A stretch of 64,000 nt of DNA, from contig ML978139.1 in NCBI GenBank assembly GCA_010015805.1, positions 310,001-374,000 of the forward strand. Direction: 5' to 3'. The notes beneath the pieces were generated by a model. That model worked only from the letters and a program-made list of their open reading frames with translations, made no database searches and had not been told where the DNA came from. The translations under genes and the position numbers were made by a program. This DNA comes from Rhizodiscina lignyota (Eukaryota). Of this stretch, positions 25,879 through 39,639 are shown piece after piece (the stretch's first letter is position 1; each line of letters opens with the position of its first letter).

Positions 25879-26947
25879 TCAACACTGCGCAAGTGAATGA
25901 ACAGACTGTCACATTGACAAGATTCAATAGACGAAAATGAATATGTTCAGAGGGTTGGCATCTTGTACTGGGGATATACTTGGACAGCTCGCAGCCTCTC
26001 GTTCTTTCCTTCAATGTCGTATGTGTTGGACATGTTACGTTGCATCCCATTGTTGGCATTTTGTCTAATGTCTTTTGCCTCTTGCTTTTTGCTGCATATT
26101 AGAATGATTACGCCTCTCAGAGGTGACAGTAATGCTTAATGAAAACCAAACTGCCTCTGACCATTTGTCGCTGCTTGTGCTCCTCGGGTAGTGTGAAAGA
26201 TGGGCCAGAGGTTCATACATCACTGCCAATGAATCGTGATCATGCTTTACCTCATGCCAAGAGCATACTTTGATGGAACTGATGAATTATGCTCTGTTCA
26301 TCTTCAACTGAAGTCGGACGTTGAGGATGGATGGCTCCGAGATGGCGCTTCACGCTAGGACAGATTGGGAGCCGACGCGTGCTCTTCAATTTTAAAACGT
26401 CCTCCGTGACGATGAAACTTTGTCGAATTCGCGGTATCCCACTGAGACCGCATTGCCTAGCCTTCTGAGGGGATCAATTCGTCTTTCCTTACAAATAACA
26501 TAGAAGCCCTTACAGCTCAACATATATGCCCCCTCTCTCGGGATGAAGCGAACTCCCGAACCCCAACTTGGTCAGCCTTATTATCTCATCTCAACCTCAT
26601 AATCGCTTCCTTTCCGTGTAGACCATACCTGGACCTCAATCAGTGCTAGACAAGATGACGTGAGTCTTCTTCGTTGAAACATGCGTGGAGATGCTCCATC
26701 GGAATTACTTCTCAAGTTAGTCACATGTCCATTCGAACGGACCGTGTGAGATCTTGGAGGCCCATTATCTGGCAAGGTTCTCTCTTTATGATTATTCTCT
26801 CTGACTGGGCAGTTGAAGCCTCCATTTTCAATTCAGACGAAAGATTCCTTTATCGAACTTGAAGCTGTTACTGAATTTTTATGGTTTGACTGGACTTTCA
26901 GGTCTGGCAGATATTTCAATAATTGCCTCAAGTCTCCTTGACGTGAA

Positions 26948-28580
26948 ATGGATCTCTTCACGTTCATCAAACTCAGCGCTCTCCTTTTGACACTGTGTGC
27001 TTTGTACCACTATATCGTCGTATCCAAATCTCGTTCCCAATCCAAAGCCCAGCATGGCTGCCAACCCTGTCGCGTACTCCCCGTCAAAGACCCAATCTTC
27101 GCCTCAGACCAGATCATAGCGCTACTCCGCGCATTCAAGAACAAGAAAGCACTAGAGGATCGCAAGAAGCTGGTGGACTATTTCGGCAACACCTATGTCG
27201 TCAAATCGCTGACCCAAATGACATTCTACACCTCCGAGCCCGAAAACATCAAGGCGATGCTCTCGACCAAGTTCCCGGACTACCAATTCGATGACCGGAC
27301 ACATACCCACTATCAACTCTTGGGTGAAGGGATTTTCGCAGTCAGTGGGAAGAAATGGGTTGAGAGTCGCGCGTTGCTGAGACCAAACTTTGCACGCGAG
27401 CAGGTCGCGGATATTGCGACCTTTGAGACGCACATCCAAAAGCTGTTCGAGCTAATTCCTACTGATGGCCGTACGGTTGATCTGCAAGATCTGTTCTACT
27501 GCTTGACGATGGACTCTGCGACGGAGTTTCTGTTCGGCTCTTCGATCCATTCCTTGGGCATGAAAGATGTTCCAGCTACGGACCCGATTGCTGGCAAATT
27601 CTCGAATGCGTTTTACGTTGCAGGGAGTTGGGTCGGGAAGCGCACTATCATGGGACCTCTCGCCCGATTCGTAAGGAGCAAAGACGAAACCGAAGCCCTC
27701 AAGGTGTGCCACACATTTATTGATCGCTTCGTAGAAGATGCTGTTCAGTATCGTGAAAGACTCGATCGCGCTGGCGAAGACGAAGAGCACGGCCAGGAAC
27801 ATAAGAGGTACATTTTCCTGCAAGAGCTGGCGAAGGCTACGACGGATAAGAAAAGGCTGCGGGACGAGATACTGAACATCCTGCTGGCCGGCCGCGATAC
27901 AACGGCGGGTATGCTGAGTAATCTCTTCTTTATGCTCGCGAAGAGACCGGATGTTTGGAGCAAGCTCCGCGCGGACGTCGAGTCCCTCGACGGAAAGCTG
28001 CCGACGTACAAGGACCTTCAAGAGCTGAAGTATGTGAGATATTGTTTGAATGAATGTATGATTCTATTCCCCGCTACAGATATCGCGCTGCTGATGGCTT
28101 CAGCCCTACGAACGCACAGTGTCGTCCCTGCGAACAAGCGTACAGCAATGCGAGACACCTTCCTCCCCGTCGGTGGAGGCGACACAAGAAAATCGCCCGT
28201 TTTCGTTCCCAAGGGTGCAAATGTAATACTCAACATCGATGCACTGCACCGTCGAAAGGATATTTGGGGCGCGGACGCAGACGAGTTCAAGCCGGAGCGT
28301 TGGGAAACGTGGAGACCGGGATGGGAGTATTCACCGGTAATTCGCCTTTTCATATTTCCCTGATTTCGAGTGCAATGCTCTAAATGTTGAGTAGTTCAGC
28401 GGCGGCCCAAGGACATGTATCGGACAGCAGTACGCGCTGACGGAGGCGGCGTACGTGACGGTGCGGTTGGCACAGCAGTACAAGACCGTTGAGAGCCGGG
28501 ATGATGGGCCGTGGGTTGAGGGATACTCGATCACGCTTTGTAGCGGGAATGGAACTAAGGTTGCGCTGAGGACGGAATAA
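26948..28580 (+). CDS. Cytochrome P450, CYP52-clan (alkane/fatty-acid hydroxylase-like); introns ~28056-28103 and 28337-28393
   Basis: N-terminal anchor, [38 protein letters not shown] after splicing, FKPERW, heme motif [14 protein letters not shown]. Confidence 0.95.
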
Positions 28581-29114
28581 TGCTCCTGAGAAATTGAGAT
28601 GGAAGATAAGCACTGACAAAGGGAGTTATGTTCGTGGTCATCCTGCGCTGAAGTCAGCGAAACCAACTTGAACTCGTTTCAGCGACGTAAACTGGTGGCG
28701 TTGGAGACCTGGGTATTGATGCCCAAGTTCACATGAAGCTTGGTGCGCTTAATAGAGTGCTCACGCTTAAAGTTCAGTTCAACGATTTCATTGACGGCAC
28801 ATGCAAGCTCTGCTTTTCCGACATTTGCTAAGTAGATGAGGCTGGTAATGATACTGTCGTTACCAACTATCTAAGAGCTGCCGCGTAGCAGACTGTATCT
28901 TTCATGCCGAGGTAGGAAAATGCATAGTGTGTAGATACGCTGTCCGGGCTCGAGTGGACACCATCAATCAACTTCAAGCATCACCTTGATCTAACACGCG
29001 ATCTAATCAAATGGCTTGTGCAAATATTTCGAATTCTAGCTACTAACTGCAAAGCTCGAGGAGAGAATTGTAGCAACTGTATGCAGAGATCAGAGCTAGT
29101 GGGTATACGATGTT

Positions 29115-30350
29115 TCACTTCAGGGTCGCCATTGGGCCTTTGACGCTCTCAAACAACGCCTTCATGCGCTGCTCCTCCTTCTCCCACAACTTCAGAATCT
29201 TATCCTTCTGCTGATCGTAACGTTTCTGAGCTCCGTCGGCTTCTGCATCACGGGCCTGGTATAGAGCCTTACACATCTCGTGGAAGACTGGCTGACACTT
29301 GAACTGGCGGACCAGGTCGGTGAGGGCCGGCAGCGTGTCGAACGTTGGTCGCAGAGCTGGATCTTGGCGCGCATCGTCGCTCATCATCATCTCGACAGTC
29401 TCAGCTTTGAATTCGTCGTATTGGTCCTCGTTTGCCTTGTTGCGCTTGGCGCGTTCATCTGCCGTTTCATGTTGCTGCGACCACCAGACTCCAACCGGGG
29501 GTGCTATTTTGCCGAAGGTGACATTTGGAAGATTGCGAGCTTCCTTCAGCGGTTTGAGCAGCCACACCGTATTATCCTTCGACAGCCTGTTGCGACGATT
29601 GTAATTGAACGAGCCTGGCCACTCCGCACAAATGTTGACCCGCTTCAGCTTTGGAGCATTCTCGAGCAGGTTCATCACTTTTGTCATACTGTTGCGGACG
29701 TCGTATACCTCGAAGATGTCATCGAAACCGCTATCAGGAAGCTCGTTGCGGCGTGAGAGTCCGTGGACATTGCCCCAGTCGTTTGGAATCCCACCAATCA
29801 TGACGACCTCGACGCTCTGCACAAACCGAAATAAGGTAGGACGCGGACCATGGAAGGGAGGTCTGAACTGTGGCTTCTTCTTACGAGTGCCATGGTTGTT
29901 GATCGATGTGGTGATCCTATGTTCGGCCAGGCACGCTGATATGTGGTTGCCTCGAACCTTGATAATGTACGGTACGGCGCCGTAGAGAATGTCACAGGAT
30001 TCTTCGTGCTATACATAAGTTAATAGAGCGACATTTGCTTGCACCATAACATCACTTACGATCAAGCGGCAGGTAGAAGTAATGGCAAGATGGCACTTCT
30101 GACCATCCTCCCTCAAAAGTTTGCCGACGGAGATGTTGTCAATGCCACGTGCACGGACGGCAGGCACTTGCTTGTCAGGGAACAGGTAGCCGTAGATTCG
30201 AATGCGAATCTCCGCCGGCAAGCGCAGGAAGGAGGTCTTCTCGGGGTCGCTGGTCTTCTCGGAGTCGCTGGTCTTCTCTGGAATACTGATCTTGAACCTC
30301 TTCGTTCCAGAGCTCTTTGAGTATAATGGAAGCTTCCTCTTCTGCGCCAT
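29115..30350 (-). CDS. Uncharacterised protein with N-terminal F-box-like motif; intron ~30012-30060
   Basis: SFLRLPAEIRIRIYGYLFP ... LAITSTCRLI|...LYG; 235-aa downstream ORF continues the reading. Confidence 0.75.
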
Positions 30351-31358
30351 TTTGCCGATGAGAAGCAGCGTGGCAAGTAGTTTCGGTTAAAGCAAACTCT
30401 CGAGTTGATACGGCTCTCAGTGTTGCATGATGCAAGCAAGGCTGTGTCTCTTTGAACTGTGTTAACACTATCAGTCGGCTCGAAGCAGAAACTCCCTCGG
30501 CTGGAAACCTTACATTGACGATTTGATTTGATCGTAGTATTTGGCGAGAATGAAGAGTGATGAGAGTTGAGCCGAGAGGTATTGGGCAACTGCTGGCAGG
30601 GCGATGATGAAAGTGGGGAGGTGGAAATTAGATTATCAACGGTGGATGATGTTGAAGTAATTGGCAGATTCCACAACACGCCGATAAGTCGCCGCGCGTT
30701 ACCGTTGGAACACACGCAAATCCAGCACAGATTTCGTGAAGCTGTGCATTTGATGGAGATATGTGTAGAGTGAAGGAAATCAAGAGTGGGAGGTGGCAAA
30801 GTCGGGCGACGTTCAAACTTCGAATGAGGCCATCCGCGGCGAATGGAGAAGGCGCGTAAGGCATCCACGCCATCACGACGACTTGGCGCCCCATCACGTG
30901 TGCGCATTGGATGCAGACGAAAGCGAAAAGGGAAACAAAGCCGGAGATGGAGTTGAGAGAGCTTTACTTTCTACGAAATGGCTGCGCGTCTTAGATATCC
31001 TCCTACAGAGTGGAGCGCTGAGCGCGCGCACTGCGCGTTGGCGCAAGCCACGCAATGACGTGTAGAAGAGTCTCCGCAGTGCTTTAAAAGCATTAGATTC
31101 CACCGGATGGGAGCGGATGGCGTCCCTCCGGCTTTATAATTTTGAGAACATCTTGAACTCGCTACGCTGCACCCATGCAACGCTGCAATGTGACCAACCG
31201 CAGAGAGGCCAGATGTCTCATGTGCGCGCGGATGTAGGCTCCTTAAAGGCGCTGTTAGCAAAGGAATGCGTCCATACGCTCTCTTAAAAGCCGGAGCCTT
31301 TCATATCTCCGATTTCTGCAGGATCTATCCAACATTTCATTCATTCCTCAAACAGATG

Positions 31359-32555
31359 TCACCGCACGCCCATCGGTCTTGACGCCGGGAAGTTTCTTGC
31401 GCTCAGAAGAACGCCTTTTACACCTCTTATTTCTGCTTTCAGTGCATCAATAGCATCCTCTTGCTTCTTTGTCCCACTGTCGCTGCCGAGACCTGCATTG
31501 CCTACGCTTCGTCCATCCAGTCCACCGTAGCCATAAGAATAGTATGGAGAGGAGTACGACATTTCGGTCAAGTATGAAGTAAGGTCTCCGAGCGTAGATG
31601 TGAGGTCAGTGGCCACAGTCTGGTGCGCTTCTGAGGAAGACCTAAGATCGGACATGTGGGAGGTGAGCGATTTTATTCGTGACTCGTGGTAATTTGTGAT
31701 ATCGGCGTTCGCATCGGAGGAAGAAAGTGAAGTCTTGGAGTCTTGGCGTGATAGATTCGGAGAGGTCTGTGTTCCAATGTCGCGGTGGAAGAGTTCTGTA
31801 GGATCGGAATCGGTAGGAGATGGTGGCTCTAGGTCTTGATCGGGGATCAGGACCCTCGAATTCCTCTTCGAATCTGTAGGAGGAAGTTCTGAGACGGCTT
31901 TTTCAAGCCGAGAGTTGAGCTCATCAATGTGAGTTGTTGAGTGGGTGAGAAATTCGTGACGTGCGGCGGCGAGCGTTTCGCTCATCGGTTCGACGATGTA
32001 CTTCGATAGGCCGTACATTGTTGCAGCTAGACCTCCAGTTACATATGCTATACCCAGCAGACGCTGTGTAGTCACCAATGGTGGTGGTTTGGTGGACTGC
32101 AGCATGAACTCGGGATATGTGATGATCGGTGGCACATCTTTTCGCGAAGATTGTGGTCGAGCCTGCGTCCGCGGCTGGACATCCTTCTTTTCAGTACTTG
32201 AGCTTGAGTGCACGACCTTTGGCTCGGCCTCTGTTTGCCGCGGAGCTTGTATCTGTGTCTGTTCTGGAAGTGATCGCTCAATCTCGTCTTTGCCGACGCC
32301 CTTGGATTCAAGGAAGGCGACCTTGCGCTCCCGTGGCGCATCTTTGATGGACGGATCCTCGAGGAATCTAGTTGCTTGCTCTGACAGGTCTACTTCCGAC
32401 TCCGGTCCTTCCTTCTCTTCTACTGTCGATTCCGGCGGTGGAGGCGTCTCTTCCTTAGGAGATTGGTCTGCGTCCGATGGCTTGGGAGTGTGGACACGTT
32501 GCCACGATGGTATCGACGCCTTTGAAGGCTTTGGGGGGTTGGAATTATCTGACAT
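31359..32555 (-). CDS. Peroxin Pex14/17 (Pex33)-like docking protein
   Basis: Pex14_N-like EQATRFLEDPSIKDAPRERKVAFLESKG, DVPPIITYPEF, hydrophobic segment, DSDPTELFHRDIGTQT, C-terminal KAEIRGVKGVLLSARNFP. Confidence 0.85.
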   Translation of the reverse strand: MSDNSNPPKPSKASIPSWQRVHTPKPSDADQSPKEETPPPPESTVEEKEGPESEVDLSEQATRFLEDPSIKDAPRERKVAFLESKGVGKDEIERSLPEQTQIQAPRQTEAEPKVVHSSSSTEKKDVQPRTQARPQSSRKDVPPIITYPEFMLQSTKPPPLVTTQRLLGIAYVTGGLAATMYGLSKYIVEPMSETLAAARHEFLTHSTTHIDELNSRLEKAVSELPPTDSKRNSRVLIPDQDLEPPSPTDSDPTELFHRDIGTQTSPNLSRQDSKTSLSSSDANADITNYHESRIKSLTSHMSDLRSSSEAHQTVATDLTSTLGDLTSYLTEMSYSSPYYSYGYGGLDGRSVGNAGLGSDSGTKKQEDAIDALKAEIRGVKGVLLSARNFPASRPMGVR

Positions 32556-32861
32556 TGCTACAGCACCGGGAGAAGAAGATGGAAGGAGCTAACGAACAGA
32601 GAGATTTAGAGCTCTGAGGCTCGAGACGTCGTCTTCAAACCCTTGGGCCTCGGCAGCGGACCGCTGTGGCTAGTGAGCGATTACATAAGCGTCAAGCCGC
32701 TGAGATGTGGCGGTGTTCGCGATCGCAAACTGTCTCGGGCTCCTCAGTTCAATTTCCCCAGCCAATCCGCACGACCTTTCAGGAAGGCAATTTGCGAATT
32801 GCCAAATTAGCCAGCACACAGCGTTCTCATCCTTGTCTCCTCTGAACAAACATCTTACCTC

Positions 32862-34545
32862 ATGTCCTCGCGCCCGGATCGCCCCGTCAAGCGGCTGCGT
32901 CGACTAAGCACCGAGTACGACGACAGCGAGGGGACTGACGATTGGATGCCCGACAAGGACAAAGGCCACTCTCACAGGTATGTGGCGCAAGTGCTGTATC
33001 TGAACCATATATCTCTCCGCAACGCTGTGCAACCGGTGCCATTGGGCGCGTAGCTGCTCGAACTGCATCTGCACCGCGACCAGCGAACTCCACGTGCGGG
33101 TCGCGCGTCTGCACACGCGGAAACACGGCTGGTCGCCGATGCAAACAGGATTTAGCATGCTGAATTGTTGCTCGAGCTTTGACTTCTTTCCTTGTACACC
33201 CCACATCCACCGCGAGAGCCCTGTTGCCATCCGCCAAAATGACTACACGTCGCCTCAGACCGAAAAAGGAACTAATCAAGCCTCCATCAAATAGCATCTC
33301 CGCGCCGTCGAACAGGCCTCGTCGCGCCGCCGCTCAAGCCTCTGCTGCTGCTACGACCTCTGCACTTGACCGCGAGACAGACTCTCCCGATGAGCCCCGG
33401 CCGGAGAAGCAAGCTATCAAGCTCAAAGTAGGCAGTCGTCTACGCGAGGTGGAAAAGCCATCGATCACAGTCGGTGGAAGAAAGTCTGGTGGAACCAGGG
33501 ACAGCTTCGAAGGTGGGGAGATAATTGTTGGCTCTCGACCCACGCGGCCAAGGAAGAAGGCCATCGTGGAGGAGACGTCTGAAGATGAAGAAGGTGAAGA
33601 AGCTGACGGTGATGAAGAGGAAGATGAAGACGCCGAGGGAGACGAAGACGACGATGCCCAAGGGAACGAGGATGCCGAAGGAGATGATGACGTAGACATG
33701 GAGGACGCACCACCAGCGGTTGCAGCAGTCAAGGTCGGTGGTGCAAGTGGCATAAGAACAAAGCCTAGCGTCACGATAACACCTGCAAAGGACGATAAGC
33801 TGCCGGGCGTCGAAGACCAAGAGATGGCCATGGATGATGACGATGATGAAGAACTATCTGAGCTTGAATCACAAGAGGAGGAGGGCGGTGAGGAAGACGC
33901 TGAAGGAGAGGAAGATGAAGAGATGGATGCAGAGGGCGATGAAGAAGAAGATGCTGAAGGCGACTCGGACGAAGACGATGATGACGAGACGCCAGCAAGT
34001 ATCAGCAGGAGCAATACTCCTGACCCAAGCAAGTTGACACGAAGGCAGAGAGGCGAGTTTGAAGGTGGCTTGATGGCACTGTCCAACGAGGCTCAGAAGA
34101 AGAAGCACTTGACGGCCGAGGAGCACGCAGCCAGGAGGGCGGAGATGGCAAGGCGAAGGAAGAACTTGAGTGAGAAGCGCAATGAGGAAGAAAAGGTCGG
34201 TTTCAAATCTCTCTATTTCGCCGTTCATTCTGCTTTGAATCAGATGCAGCTGATGTACAGACACAGATGGATACTATCAACCGGCTTCTCAAGAAGCAAG
34301 CACCCAAACGTCGCGGCCGAAGAGAAATCGATCCCGACGGCGGCGACGAGACCATGGATCTTGAAGAGTTCAGACCTTCCCCAATATATGTTCGCACTGT
34401 GAGCAATGCGTCCGGAAGCATGGTGGCTGTCCCAGAAGAGTACATGGAGGCAGAGAATATTTCTGGCGTTTTCAAGGGCGGAGTTACTGGCGGTAAACCT
34501 ACGCCGTTCAGGGGTAGGATGGTCGAAGAGGTGGAGGCGAATTAA
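32862..34545 (+). CDS. IES2: INO80 complex subunit Ies2 (PAPA-1 domain); introns ~32978-33258 and 34195-34266
   Basis: Long acidic tract, then KLTRRQR, LMALSNEAQKKKHLTAEEHAARRAEMARRRKNLSEKRNEEEK|MDTINRLLKKQAPKRR and YVRTVSNASGSMVAVPEEY. The first exon is inferred; an alternative start is at 33239. Confidence 0.88.
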
Positions 34546-35481
34546 GAAAAGTTCTGAGATTTGCATTCATCGGCGGCGTAATTGGGGTGGATCCTCCAAT
34601 TGTACAATAGACGCAATCAATTGCACCTACAGGAACTGAAAACTAGTGCGGTCCATTTTCTTGATCATACACAGAATAACTACCTATTCTGCTCTATCTG
34701 CTCTCGAGGGCGACAGACAAGTTGGCCAAACGCTATAATATATGGAGTCATTGAGGTGTATAGACACTGCAATAGAGACAGACTGTGTTTGTTAAAGCTG
34801 CATAATCTTAATAAATACTATTCAAGGTGTATCACACCGTGCTTTCAACGATACTCTCGCCTAAGTTGAAGAGCAAAACTCGTGTTTGCTGCACGCATTC
34901 GGCATCCATTAGGGTCAGCACATCGACCGCCCACCCTTGAAGATCGACTTGGAGGAATCATGTTCACCCAGACTCCTTATGCACACGGCTGTCTTATCTA
35001 CACCTTTTGGAAACTACCACCAATCTGTCTTCTCAATCGGAGTTTTTTGGTTCGTCTGCCACCTGAATAGATGCGTCCAGTGCCGAGAAGGGCTAAACGA
35101 TTTCGCCGACGTCATGGAACCACGAAACGCTCGCGCTCTTGAACTCACAGCTCCACACTCTCTCCGGGAGCTCCAAGGACAGAGATGTCACAGTTTTCAT
35201 GACATGCGCTTATGCGGGCGGTAGCATTTCGATGTACGCGAAGGAACATCCGGACTGCATATCTTGCAAGTTGCGCTCATTCCCGCCGCAAACGGATCAA
35301 TACATGTGAACAGGTGCGCCTTCGATCCGAGCCCACTCGAACCAGTCCACTTGGTGACTTCTTACAGTCTACGGGAAATTCAAAACTGCATTCTATTTCT
35401 CCGCCACATATTAATGGCGCTGGCCGAATCCGCGGCATCAACATCCTCAATTGGAACTATTTCTCCCCACACTCATCGAAA

Positions 35482-36198
35482 ATGCCATCCCCGACAGATT
35501 TCAAAGTCACACCCTACGAACCGCAGTACAAAGAATGGCCGTACAGCGAAGAGGATTTCCAGCGCCAGGATAACTCACCGGATAGTAATTTTTACTCGAG
35601 GCCGCGCTTCGTCACGCATATCGACAGCGCCGCGATTAACGCCCTGAGAGCGTACTATGCCCAGAACTTACCAAGGAGAGGACGGATTCTGGATCTGTGC
35701 TCGAGCTGGATCAGTCACCTTCCCAAGGAGTGTGAGCAGGCTGTTCAGGAGGGGACGCTCTCGGTAGTGGGTGTAGGGATGAATCACGCAGAGTTGGAGA
35801 GGAATGCGCTATTGGCTGGACCGAGCGGTAGAAGGGTGGTGCAGGATCTCAACTCAGACCCAGAGTTGGTGGAAGAGGCTACGAAAGGAGGGCTATTTGA
35901 TGCGGCCGCGTGTGTGGTTAGTATCGACTATTTGACGAGGCCGTTGAAGGTGCTGCGTTCGGCGAGAGAGAGTACGAGGGAAGGTGGAAGCGTGCATTTG
36001 GCGGTTAGCAACCGATGCTTTCCGACGAAGGTTGTGGGACGATGGCTGCAGGTGAATGAAAAGGAGAGACTGAAGATGGTGGGTGATTACTTGTGGTTTG
36101 CTGGGTGGAGGCGGGTGGAGATTGTGGAGGTAGTGCCTATGAGGGAGGACTGGAACTCTGGGGATCCGCTATGGGTTGTTCGAGGATTTAAGGAATGA
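35482..36198 (+). CDS. SAM-dependent methyltransferase (type 11-like)
   Basis: DFQRQDNSPDSNFYSRPRFVTHID, RILDLCSSWISHLP, GVGMNHAEL, VQDLN, CVVSIDYLTRP, SNRCFPTK, GDPLWVVRG. Confidence 0.88.
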   Translation: MPSPTDFKVTPYEPQYKEWPYSEEDFQRQDNSPDSNFYSRPRFVTHIDSAAINALRAYYAQNLPRRGRILDLCSSWISHLPKECEQAVQEGTLSVVGVGMNHAELERNALLAGPSGRRVVQDLNSDPELVEEATKGGLFDAAACVVSIDYLTRPLKVLRSARESTREGGSVHLAVSNRCFPTKVVGRWLQVNEKERLKMVGDYLWFAGWRRVEIVEVVPMREDWNSGDPLWVVRGFKE

Positions 36199-36701
36199 AA
36201 GGACTCGAGGATTCACAGAACTTTTGAGCTACGGCTATACTATACTGAGCCTTTGTGATGTATACTTGACAGTTAATATGACCATGCTTGGTCATACTTG
36301 AGAAACCGGCGTGTCTTTGATACGTGCCATCTGGGGAATTTTAGACTATGGTTTCGGAGATGCTCATTTCTGTTATTGTTCCAATTTGAGGCCTCTAACT
36401 ATTGTGTCATAAACGGGTCATCTCAGGGAGGTGCAACAATGGGTACGAAATAGTGCGCATGCCGAAAGCCTAGATCCCATTGTAAAACTAATAAGTGAGA
36501 GCGGTGTTGGTCGTTACATGAGTTATTTTGCTTTGGAGCATACAAATATGAGCGAGTGGAATGAGTACCGTAAGAAGTCGAAACATATGAGCAAACGAAC
36601 GAATATGTCCCAACCATGATTTCAAATGAGCGTCCTCCAGAGTGGATCCCGGCTCTCCAACACCATCCCATACCACCAGCATCGCAGTTTCCGGTTCGAA
36701 A

Positions 36702-37841
36702 CTACAGTTCGACCGATCTATATTCCGAAGCCTCGTTCTGAGTAGCATTCTTGCCATGCTCCTTCTTTTGATGTTTGATCAGGTCAACCTTTCGGAAGTA
36801 GCCCCTGCCATCAATCCTGTCGCAGCCTGGTTCAGGACATGGAAAGGGAGACTCATTGTGCACTTTCTTCATGTGCTCGGTGTAATCTCTTCGCTTCGGG
36901 AAAATGGGTTCATCCTGCCAATGTAGTCTCTGCTCACGATACTGAGGGCAGCCTGCAAGTGGACAGCGGCTAGTGTCGACAATACGCGTTCCGTCCCAAG
37001 AATCCACATGTCCTTCCCTCTCATCTACATCGATGTGGTGATAGTTGCGGAGATGCTGCGTCAAATGGTCCCTTCTCTTGAATCCGTTATTGCCGCGGTA
37101 TTTCTTGCAGTGAGGGCATGGATGCCGGGGAGTCAGAGGGTTGTGGACCTTCTTATGTCTACCTAGATCTCGTTTATGGATGAATGTGGCCTCACACGAC
37201 TCCTGCTCGCATGCAAATGCCATGTGCCCGGAGCCTTGGGCATGATATTCCAGGGAGTAGTCTTCGACAAAAGATTCATTGCATTCTCGGCATTGGAATC
37301 TTTTACCCCCTCTAGTTAAGTTGGATAGGTTCACGTTGTCACCAGTCTTGTTGTTGGAGGATGAGTCGTATTCATTGCCCTGAAGTTGGCCGCTCGCACA
37401 ATTGGAAAGACCATCATGTTCTAATTCTTGGTCGCCAGCGCAGAGCATGAAGTTGTTGTCCGTCAAGTGGTCTGGATGATATAACTTGGGTATCTCAGTG
37501 GCATGGCGAGCATAGATATTGTCACTAGAATAGGGGGAAAAACTACGCAGTCAAATTAATATATGTCTATAGACTTGATGAGTGTTACAGACCTTTCAGT
37601 TGCAAGGTTATAGGGGATGATGCAGTTACTTGCTCTTGCCGACAAGATAGTGGTCTGTGCGCTTGGAAATGAAGTCGACGTGCCCTGCGTGACTGCGGTC
37701 GCTGGGGAGTCCGCCCTTTTTCTAAGTTAGTTCAAAAAAAAAAAGGGGTTACCAGAAATCCGGTCCGGTTATTGCAGGCGTCGGGGCACCTGCATCTGGC
37801 CATTGGCCGAATAGCTGTTGGTAGTCGAAGTCTTCGTCCAT
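36702..37841 (-). CDS. C2H2 zinc-finger protein, multi-exon; 5' exons approximate
   Basis: Fingers CRECNESF..H..GSGH, CEQESCEATF..HKKVH, CPHCKKY..FKRRDHLTQHLRNYH, HMKKVH, CPEPGCDR..HQKKEH; probable first exon MDEDFDYQQLF. Confidence 0.85.
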
Positions 37842-39639
37842 GGTGACGTGGCGATCTGAGTGATGGTAAAGCAGCGACGAGGCTGAAAGATTTTGAGGAC
37901 AAGAGATGCGGGAGCAGACCGCGAAACGTGCAGAATCGTAGGACTGGGATTTCATGCACGTAAGTACTTGCCTCTCTGACGGCGGCTCGGACGTCTGGCT
38001 GCTTTACGAGAGGAAAGCATTGGGCATGAAAAGGGCGCTGGCGAGGCAAAAGAAGGCAACTGGTCACACCTCCCACATAAAAAGGGCGTTGGCGGTGAGG
38101 CCGGCGTGACCTGTCATTTCTGCACGCCTTGTTCTTCGATACGTGAGTGGGCTGTAAGAGCCTCATTATGGCCATGCGAAATCCTATGGTTCACAAGTTG
38201 TTCAGGCAATGCGAGGTAATGAAGGCGAATATTTGTCCACGGGAGAAGTCAACATCGAAACGGCACCAGTGATGATTCGCTCGCCCTGGCAGGCCCGCAT
38301 AGTGCGCATTTGACATACGTAAGGAAATAAGACGAGCTGCTAGAATGACATTGAGCACGTTTGTGATATAAAGTTGCTTAGGAAGGACTTCGGGAAGATT
38401 GAAAGGGGTTGTTGAGTGGACAGCACCCAAAAGGAATAGCGTCTCTCTTTCTTCCTCCACAGATGGACCTTGCCCGAATCCCGACAGCACCCGGCACCCA
38501 CTGCTGAAGCACATGAGTACAAGAGTTTCAGTCATCCAGCTTCAAAAGTGCCTGACTTATATGTACCAGCATGACTTTCATCTTTCGGACTCTAGATCTG
38601 GAGATCTGCCGGCATTCCAGTACAAAGTCCGTCTGTCGAGTGCATTTCTTCTCGCCGAAGACCCTTCATCATGTTACATATGTTCTTCGCCGGTTGGATT
38701 ACGGAATCTCATTCTATTTTATCACCTGCTTCATCGTCAATCTCGTCTTTAGTGATCTCGATTCCCTGGCACGGCACTGTTTAAGCATCTCGCTAAACTC
38801 GCTTAGAGAAGGACTTCAGGCCTGTCATTCTTCGCGCCCTCTCGTTCAGGCCATATGGCGCGCAGTTATTCCGTACCATAAACATATTGCAGTCTTCTTT
38901 GGAATTCACATTATTAAGCTTCGAATGTCCCTATAGAGGAGCTGAGGGCGAAACATCTCAACGTCCGTGCGAAGCATTAAGACTGTGGTGTCAGTAGATG
39001 GGTGGTACTGTGTAAAAAGGGGCTCGATACTCAGATCGCCCCAGGGAGAGCATCAGCTCTGTCGTCAGGCAGTCTCCGGCAGCAATAGCATTAGCATGAA
39101 GCAAGTAGGGATAACCATTAGAATAAATATTTCCATTTGAGCTTCATGCTGCTTGCATGTGAATTCTCTGGCTTGTCGTAGCGTAGAAAGTAGAATATCT
39201 GGCTATCTTGGCAAAGACCTCCTTGAAGACTGGGATATCTGCCCATCGTGCTTGCACATGAATGGAAAGAAGTGTTGCATAAGATATGATATCATTGATT
39301 TTGGGGGTAACATTAGCTATTATGACGTCTATAACGAGATTAGCCAGTCGACGAGAAACACTTGGAAGCCAAATGGGCCATTAGCCAATGCGATGCTGAA
39401 GTGCAGATATCATAATACCGCCGATGTTTCATGCATCCGTTCGAATGCCGCATGATTAAACGCATTGCTCAAAGTCGACGTTTGACGACAGCTACCCTGT
39501 GTAGAGCGATGAAGCCCTTCCGAAATACAGGACACGCCCGACGTATCCTTGCGCCCTTCTAAAGTCATCGTGAACTTCGCCACCGCATTCCCCATTGGCC
39601 ATCCATACGAGAGATGTTGATCGCTCAAAGTGGCCATGA

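Noticed and set aside
33334..34086. 250-aa poly-Ser antisense ORF
   Set aside because: Shadow of the Asp/Glu codons of IES2
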